Notes under the pieces: model-generated
What the model was told of the DNA's origin: nothing
Database searches by the model: none
The model's input: the letters and a program-made list of their open reading frames with translations, nothing else
Position numbers and translations under genes: made by a program
Assembly: GCF_009914755.1 (NCBI RefSeq)
Contig: NC_060947.1
DNA length: 64,000 nt
Source of the DNA: the human T2T-CHM13v2.0 reference genome, Homo sapiens
Reading direction: 5' to 3' (one strand)
Part shown: in pieces, positions 55,501 to 64,000 of the stretch
Layout: every line of letters begins with the position of its first letter
Numbering within the stretch: position 1 is the stretch's first letter

Positions 55501-56769
55501 TGTTTTTGGAAAGTAAGGGTGCAATGGATTCGTTTTTGAGCTAGTACCTGGTTACGCTTAGCATGACTGTCAACCAGAGGAAACATTGGTTACTTAACAC
55601 CTACATTATGCTAGGTGCTAGGAATAAAGAAATGAATATGAAATGCTGTTCTCAAGGATCTCATAAACTAGAGAGAAAGATAGTCTATTAAACTCTAGTC
55701 ATTTTCATTAAATTGACAAGAATGAATAGGTCAAACCCATCTTTAGCCAGAGCACATGGCAAGTCAGATTCGGTGATCAAAGGTAAAGAAGCATCCTGAC
55801 AGGCTACTTCCCTAGTAAAGGAAGGCCACAGCATGTCTTGAGGGCCCACGGTGTGCCAGGACCTGGTCTGAATGCAAATAGCCAGCCTCTGCCCACAAGG
55901 AACTCTCAAGGTGGGATATGATGATACCAATGATGGAACCCAAGTTTAGGGCAGTTCAATACACAGCTATTGAGCATCTACTCTATTCCAGGCACTGTTC
56001 TAGATACAAAAGATGTGCTGGGGAACAGAGCTGACAATCTTACAATCTTTCAGGAGGTTTCCACCAATGGTGACAACATTGGTATAAAAATGTTTTTTTG
56101 TACATCTGCATTTTGTTCAGAATATATCTGTTGGAGTCCTTAGAGATGGTGTTGTTTGTAATTGCTAGTTTCTAAGATGGGATGCGGGTAGGTGTAGGAC
56201 ACAGTCTTACATAGATTAAGGCGTCAGGGGAGTAGGAGAATTTGATGTGTTTACTCCTCTGCGTGCGAGTGGTCAAGATGGAAAGCAATGCCTACTATTG
56301 AAATTGTCAAGCACCGACTGGATTGCCTGGTCAAGCTCTCCATGGGAGCCCATGGTAGTTCTGGGCCAACCTTGGCTCATTCGTTTAGGAGAAAGGCACT
56401 TCCCCAGGAGGCAAGTTACTCTGCTATTTGGCCTCAATGTCCTCCCACCTCCCCATTTCCTGATGCTCTCTCTAGTCAGGTTGCCTGATCATTCTCATTT
56501 GTAAGAGAAGGCCCCTTCTCAGCACTTCATGGAGATTTGTCATGTTGTCCCTTGAAGACTGATTAGACAAGGCTTCTCAACAGCATCGTCATTGACCTTT
56601 AGGAGCTATGTGGCTCCCTGGGGCCCCAGTGAGCACGTGTACCTGGTGGGAGCAAATTGCTTGCCCCCAAGGACACTGCTCACCCAAACCACAGCCAAGC
56701 CACTTGGTAAATAGTGCCAGTGACATTTTGCCTTTGGTCCACAGCTGTCACCTGTGTCATTCACTCACA

Positions 56770-56983
56770 ATGGAAGAAATGAAGAAGACTGCCATCCGGC
56801 TGCCCAAAGGCAAACAGAAGCCTATAAAGACGGAATGGAATTCCCGGTGTGTCCTTTTCACCTACTTCCAAGGGGACATCAGCAGCGTAGTGGATGAACA
56901 CTTCTCCAGAGCTCTGAGCAATATCAAGAGCCCCCAGGAATTGACCCCCTCGAGTCAGAGTGAAGGTGTGATGCTGAAAAACG
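56770..56983 (+). CDS. VGLL1: Vestigial-like family member 1, first coding exon (exon starts 56745; CDS continues beyond the window)
   Basis: acaATGg start; MEEMKKTAIRLPKGKQKPIKTEWNSRCVLFTYFQGDISSVVDEHFSRAL contains the Vg/Tondu TEAD-binding motif; donor acg|gtgagc (phase 1). Confidence 0.97.
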
Positions 56984-57836
56984 GTGAGCATGTGGGGAGG
57001 GAGGGAGCTGGGATTCCCTATCAAGGCTGCCACGGATACACCAGTTCTTTGATGTACTTGACACACTTGGACACTTATATGTTTGCTAAAGGCAAGTTGC
57101 TCTGACTAGTGAGAAGCCACACCCCTTCTTAGAAGTTTAATGTCAAAATGGGGCTGCCATCTACTGCTCCAACCTTACCTCCCCAGCACTGTCCTCCAGA
57201 AACTGGCTTCCTTCTGTCCGTCATGTTCGCTTTGATTTCTTCCTGGCCTTTGCACAAACTGTTCCTTGTCTGCAAATCTCTTCCCTCCCTTCTCCTAATT
57301 AACCCACATTCATCCCAAGATCACTTCTTTAGGGCAGCTTTCCCTGACCACCCACACCCCCAAGCATTCAAATATCCTATTACAGATTCTCCTACCGTTC
57401 TTTAACTCTCCTTCACAGCCCTTGTCACAGTTGCAGTTTTTACACTTGTATAATTATTTGACTATTGCATACTCCTCCATTAAATGAAAGTTCTGTGAGG
57501 GCAAGGACCATTGCTGATTTTGCTTAATATTGTATTTCTAGCATCTAGAAACAGTGACTGTGACATAGGGGACAACCAACAAGGATTTGTTGAATGAGTA
57601 AATGAACATACAAATATGCAAATTTGTGAGCACTGTATCTAGGTACAAAGAACCTTGAAATTTCCATAAAAGACTAAAACATAAATTAGAATCTTGCTGA
57701 ATAAGCCATTAGAGCAGAAGTATGTTATGATAGTTTTTAAATGTTGATAATATTTACATTTTATATAATTTATTTCCATAAATGGAAAGTTCCCAGTTGT
57801 AGAGAGGTGGTTTTGAAAAGTTTTAAAATCAAAGCT

Positions 57837-58138
57837 GGCTGGGTGTGATGGTTCACACCTGTAATTCCAGCACTTTGAGAGGCCAAGGCAAGAGGATCAC
57901 TTGAGGTCAGGAGTTTGAGACCAACCTGGCCAACATAGTGAGACCCTGTGTCTACAAAAAAATTTAAAGAAATTATTCAGGTGTGGTGGCTCATACCTAT
58001 ATCTCTGGCTACTAAGGAGGGTGATGCAGAAGGATCACTTGAGCCTGGGAGGTTGAGGCTGCAGTGGGCCATGATTGCACCACTGTACTCCAGCCTGAGT
58101 GGCAAAGCAAGACCCTGTCTCAAAAGAAAAAAAAAAAG
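57837..58138 (+). mobile_element. Alu (AluJ-like)
   Basis: ggctgggtgtgatggttcacacctgtaattccagc...gaggatcacttgag...A tail. Confidence 0.92.
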
Positions 58139-58319
58139 TAAAGCTACTGGAAAAAGAAAAAAAGAAGTTTAATGTAAAAATGGGTGCTGTTTAATCAAAT
58201 CAGTTCACCTATTTTATTATTTCCTCAATCATGTTAAATGCTGGGTTTACTGCTCAGCACACAATGAAACTCCACAACTATTTACTGTAATCATTATCAG
58301 TATTTTTCTTCATCTTCTG

Positions 58320-58642
<323 letters not shown>

Positions 58643-58947
58643 TAGGCCTGATGGGGCAGGAACACCAAAGCATCTATGAAAAGAAAACGCATGTCCCATG
58701 TAGGTGCTCCCAGCCTCTTCTCAACTAATAGTGCATGGTTTGGTGAGCAAGGGTAGGGGCCAGAGGGAAGTAGATGAATAGTCTTGCCACATCCCTTTCC
58801 CACCCTTCACAGGGCCAGGTGTGTCTATTTGCTAATTGTTAAGAAATAAACAGTCGTACATCTCAAAACAGTTACTTCAAGATAACTAAGTCAAAATGTG
58901 CACATCAAAATATCCAGGTTTGAAGGAAGCCTTAAACATCACACTAG

Positions 58948-59214
58948 CAGGGGCTGTAGTATGACTTTCACGGACCCTGGACACTTTTGTCTTCATGGAC
59001 CTCCTTCCTCCACAAAAACATTAAAAGTTACATTTTATGACTGCATTGGTATAAAGATGAATATAATCCAAGCTGAGTTCATGTTTTAAATATATTCAGT
59101 ATCACTGTCATATTCATTTTTTCTTCTGATTTTAAAACATTTTTGTGGGCCCCTAAAACTATTAATGGGTCCTAGGCACTGTGCCTCCTGTGCCTAATGG
59201 AGAAGTCACCCTCG
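58948..59214. mobile_element. MER96B-like hAT DNA transposon relic
   Basis: cattttatgactgcattggtataaagatgaatataatccaagctg...gggtcctaggcactgtgcctcctgtgcctaatgg. Confidence 0.65.
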
Positions 59215-59979
59215 CCAGCTGGATGTCACTCAATATGGCTCCCTTTACCTTTTTGGAAAGTGAGCAAATATATCAGGGTCTGGTGGATTTCAAGAGCTCT
59301 TTATTGGTGTTGGTGAGTGCACATGTTGAACGACTTGCTCCCACTGGAAGACGTACGTACCTCCAAGTAGGGGCTTTTGTGTAAAGTGGACAAGTGGGGC
59401 CTCTGCCTCCAGGCAAAGAGCTCCCCTGTTTCCAGATGCCATCATTCTGGCTTTGCTTTTTGGGACTGGAGAGGGAGTTGATGTGTATCTGATGTATTCA
59501 CCTTTGCAGAATTTACTTCTCTCTTAGAATTTACTTTTGCAGTCAATCAATGTGGTTTTCTCAGAGAATCTTGTGGGTTAAATAAATATGTGGAAGGGCA
59601 TGGGGTAGCAGCAGATACTAAAGGAAATGATGTAGAGCTTGCTGTTAAAATGGGCAGGAGGGGGTGGGTGGGGAGTGGGGAGGTGATGTCTAAGAGTGTG
59701 CTGAATAATCACAACAGAAGCAGGAATGACCATGGTCTTGAATCATTTGGGGGATTGACATGTGGTAAGAGCTGAGAAATGTGGTGTGTGGGATTCAGAA
59801 GATCTAACTGACTCCTTGGAAGTGTCAAAATCTCGGGCAGTTAATACACAGACAAGTATACTGACTTCGGCTATTTGACTCTGATTTATTTCTGAACACA
59901 TTGGCTTGGATTCATTATAATCATTCCCTTGTAAGCATCATCAAGCCATGGTCTCACTTTTTCTATTCTACTTGCCTGG

Positions 59980-61506
59980 TAAAACCCAAGCTGGGATAAA
60001 ACCAACTCTTGGCCTATTGCCCCATTTCTCTGCTTCATTTTGCAGCAAAACTCAAAATTGGTATTTATGTGTACTCTGTCCTTTCCTCTCATGCTCTCTA
60101 AACTCCATTCCACTCATGCTTTCAACCTCATCACTCCTTGAAATCGCTCTTATCAAGGTTACCCAGTGACCTCCACTTTCCAAATCCAATGGTCCCTATC
60201 TGTCCTCATCTGATTTGACCTATCATAACATTTGCTGCAGAAGATTGCTCTCTCCTCGTGAAATACCTACTTCGCTTGCAGTCAGCCCATAACATTATGC
60301 TTTCTTGGTTTTCCTCCTGCCTCCCTGGTTACTATTTCTTCTCAGTCTCCTTTGCTATATGTCCTTCTCTCTCCAACTTCTAAACATTTCAGGGCCCCAG
60401 TACTCAGGTCCCAGACAACTCCTTTCTCTGTCTACACTTACTGTCTTGGTCTTAAATGCCATCTATATGTTGAGCAATTCCAAATGCATATCTGCAAACC
60501 AGAATGGATTTCAGACGTGCCTGTCTAACTGCCTACTTGATCTTCACTTAACATGCCTAATAGGAAACTCAAACAAAATAGCTCCCAAACTGAATAAACT
60601 CTTAATTTCCCCCTCAACCTGCTCTGCCCACAGTCTTTCCCATCTCAATAAATGGGAGCTGCACCCTTCCAATTCCTTGAAGTCATGCTTAACACCTCTC
60701 TGTCTCACACCCCACATCCAATCCTTTTGGAAATTGTGTAGGTTCTATCTTCAAAATATCCAAGATCTGACCGCATCTTCTCACCTCCGTTGTCACCTGG
60801 GTCCTAGAAGCTATCATCACCCCCCGCTGAATTGCTGCAGTCACCTCCTAATTGGTCTCATTGCTTCTTCCCTTCCTCTCCTTCAGTCTATTCTTAGGAG
60901 GGCAGTCAGAATGGTAGCATTAAAATGAAAGTCACACACTAGCACTCTTTTGTTTGAAACCCTCTGACAGCTTCCCATGTCACTTGGAATCATATCCAAA
61001 GTCTATAATGGGGCCCTACCTCATCTGGGCCCCCGTTGTCTTACTGATCTCATATCTTACCACTTTCTGCCTCACCCGCTCCAGTCTAGGCTCCTTGGTA
61101 TTCATAAACTATGCCAAGGACAATCCTGCCTCAGGCCTGCCCTTTGCACATGGTCTCTCCTATCCCTGGAATGCTCTTTCCCCAGATACCTGCATGGCGT
61201 CACCTTTCTCCATTCAAGTCTCCACCTGGATGTCACCACTTCAAACAGTCCTTGTCTGAGCAACCTATTTAAAAAATGAAAGCCCCCACCCTCTCACGTC
61301 TGTCTTCTTACCCTGCTTCATTTTTCTTCTTAGCATTTGTCACCACCGGGCACATTATATGTTGTATTTCTTTCTAGACTCCTCTCTCCCCTTACCCTCT
61401 GAGCTCCGTGGCAGTAGGGACTCAATCTGTTAACTGCTGCTTTCTAAGTACCTACCACAATGCCTGACACATGGAGGCACTCAATACATACGGCTTGAAC
61501 GAATGA
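59980..61506 (+). mobile_element. L2 LINE (long 3' portion)
   Basis: tcaaggttacccagtgacctccactttccaaatccaatgg...ends tgcctgacacatggaggcactcaatac...gaatgaa. Confidence 0.8.
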
Positions 61507-61559
61507 AATTATGATTTTGATCACAAGGTGTTGACCCTACAGATGGGGGTCACCGTAGA

Positions 61560-61780
61560 GAGGGAGTACGGTGTGGTGTACAGCTTTAGAACCACTCAGC
61601 ATGGGGCCAAGCCAGCTCCATCACTTACTAACAGTGTGATCTCCAGACATATCACTTCTCCTCTCTGTGCCTCAGTTTCCTCATCTCTAAAATGGAATAA
61701 TATTGAATTATAGGACTGTGCTTGTGAGGAGTCAATGAGATAATGCATGTCAAGTGGCACATAGTAAGTGCAATGTAGTC
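61560..61780 (+). mobile_element. MIR SINE
   Basis: ctctgtgcctcagtttcctcatctctaaaatgg...gtggcacatagtaagtg. Confidence 0.8.
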
Positions 61781-63139
61781 CAAGCTTGAGTTGAGTTTTT
61801 GAACAGCTAAGATAGATGTGAGGACCTGTGTTCACAACACCAGGTTCACAGAGCAGCAGGCATCTCCCATAAGCCTCCAGGTTTTCAGGGGGTTCTGTTT
61901 CATGGCTGCCATAGAGTTTCCTGTGCCTTCTGATTTCACCTCGACCTTCTGTGAAACCCCTGCCTGCTGAGGGAAGTTGGGCATGGCCCTGTTCCTTGCC
62001 CAAGCCAGCCTTCACAGGCCAGATAGAGAGGTGGCTTGGTTCTCCATCTTCCTTCTTGGTTGTTGCATTTTCCCTATAAGAACCCCACAAATCCTTTGAC
62101 TGTGAAGATGTTGTCTCCCTCACAGAGTGTGGTGCGGGCTAGGCAAATATTTGTCCGCTGATTGAGCAAATGAAGGAAAAACTGCCTCCCTCAAAGCCTC
62201 TCTTATCACCACTAGGAGTCAAGTTTCTCATAAGCTCTGCTGCCTCAGGGGAGGGCCCCATGAAAGGCTTCCAGTCCCACAGAGGTTCTCACTGGAGGTG
62301 TTATATGACATACATATGGCTTTGAAAATGGTGGGAAATCTTTCAAGTGGCCTTTCATTACTGACTGTTAGTATCCTCTCAAACCCTACAGACCAGCACC
62401 AGGCCGTCCAGCCCAGCTAGGCCATTCCAAGGAGAACAGGCTCCCATTCATGGGCTCCCATGGCCGACTCGCCCACATTCTAAGGGCTCTCTGTTGAGCC
62501 AAATATGCAAGTCCCAAACACAGAGACCCGTGTGGCTAGGAAATGCCGTCAAATTTCCTGGCTTCTCTTCCCCAATCAGTGTTGTGTTTTTATTTACTTA
62601 TGTATAATTTATACTGGCTGTACTTCAGAAAAGAAAATACAAGTTGAAGGTATCTTTGAATTATCTCCCTTTTAAAAGGACATTGGGAATTTTAGAATCA
62701 GTAACTAGAGAAGCTTCAGTAACTATAGTTTGTAGGGGGCATGGTCCTGGTACGTATGCCACCCTGTGTTCTTCTTGTCCTGTCCCCAGCCCCAGTCCTG
62801 AGGCCGGCCTCAGGCCTGGCAACATTGCTCTAGGGCTGCTGAGAGAAGGTGAGAGGGTATATACGTGGGCCTTTAGAGGTCTCAAAGGATCCAGCCTCCT
62901 TCTCTCTCCCCTCCCATCTGCCATAATCAGTAAGGGTAGGGAAGAAATGCTGGCTTTTTTTAAAAAAAAAAAGTGTAAATATCTATGTGAGATATAGTCA
63001 TGCTAGTTGTTTATGGCCCTTGTAAATACTGACAGTTTCCTGTCTTCTTTTCCCGTAAGGAAGAGGAATCTATCTGCACAAACATATATGGAGCTTCCAG
63101 CGAATACCAGACACCACACTAAAATTAGTGCATTTTACT

Positions 63140-63370
63140 TCAGTCCACGAAATCCACTGTGATTTATAAAGTTCAAAGACAGGCAAATCTAACCTATGGT
63201 GTCAGAAGACAGGATATGGTTACGTTTTGGGGGTGTTGTGACTGAGAGGGGTACGGTGTGCTTCTGGGGTGGTGATCAGGTTCTGTTACTCGAGCTGGGT
63301 GCTCATTACCCAGTTTATGAAAATTCCCCCAGCTGCACACTTCCATTTGTGCGTTTTTCTGCATGTTGGT
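63140..63370 (+). mobile_element. Old L1 3' fragment (L1M-type)
   Basis: tttataaagttcaaagacaggcaaatctaacctatggtgtcagaagacaggat. Confidence 0.7.
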
Positions 63371-63399
63371 TGTGCTTCACAAAACTATTTTGCAATGGA

Positions 63400-63800
63400 T
63401 ATTATTATCCTTATTTTACAGAGCAGGAAACTGCAGCCCAGAGAAGGTAAGTGCCTAGAGATGGGTCACACAGCCAGTGAGTGATAAAGATTGAAACCCA
63501 AGTCCATCGATCTCCAGAGCCAGTCTCTTGAATACCCCATTGTCTTGCCTTTGTACACTCTGACAATGCCCCAGCAAGAGGATTTAATACCTATAAGGAC
63601 TATCGCTAATAATGTGTATAATGGCTAACACTTTTTGAACACTTTCTGTGTGCCAGGCCCTTTGCTAGGGTCTGTCACGTGGATTATCTCACTGAATCTT
63701 CACACCAACTCTACTGGTTAACTCTATGTCCATTTTCCTGATGAGGAAACTGAGGCTCAGACAGTCAAGTGACTTGCCCAAGATCTCTCAGCTAATATGG
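63400..63800 (-). mobile_element. Two antisense MIR fragments
   Basis: attattatccttattttacagagcaggaaactg and ccattttcctgatgaggaaactgaggctcag. Confidence 0.75.
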
Positions 63801-64000
63801 GGAGTCTATAGTATTTGCCGGCAGATGGAATTGATTTCGGATCTTAGCCACTCAGCATTTCGAATACTAGCTCATATTCTGTGTTTGATCTCTGTTTTCA
63901 GTTGGGAAAAGGAATCTGGATATTCATCCAAAGACTAGGTACCCCAGGGAGGCAGCTGTGAAAGAGGGGAAGGAACTGAGAGGCCCCCCTGGTGCCCTGG

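Noticed and set aside
60305-60928. 207-aa ORF (and the 192-aa ORF at 49173-49751)
   Set aside because: Lie in pyrimidine-rich L2 relics; no intact reverse-transcriptase motifs or recognisable domain

Overview
Eukaryotic, human-type genomic DNA with dense Alu, L1, L2, MIR, DNA-transposon and LTR relics. The gene order BRS3-HTATSF1-VGLL1 matches the known human Xq26.3 locus. All three genes are on the + strand. BRS3 (bombesin receptor subtype 3 GPCR) is complete: 3 coding exons, 399 aa. HTATSF1 (Tat-SF1, U2 snRNP-associated splicing and elongation factor) is complete: 9 coding exons, 755 aa, CpG-island promoter. Only the 5' part of VGLL1 is present: a non-coding exon 1 and the first coding exon with the TEAD-binding Vg/Tondu motif. 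All coding junctions I reconstructed are GT-AG and join in frame. I see no CRISPR array, tRNA or rRNA gene, or intact mobile element, and cannot support a wholly new biological system. The best leads are hypotheses: (1) a long Lys/Arg-rich +1 frame under the acidic last exon of HTATSF1; (2) a 5'-leader CGG repeat with uORFs in HTATSF1; (3) possible unproductive-splicing elements around HTATSF1 exon 6; (4) possible decayed antisense coding blocks in HTATSF1 intron 6; (5) TEAD/AP-2/GATA motif architecture at VGLL1, including a perfect 18-bp double AP-2 palindrome; (6) several perfect or near-perfect inverted repeats. Repeat subfamily names come from recognition by eye and their boundaries are approximate.
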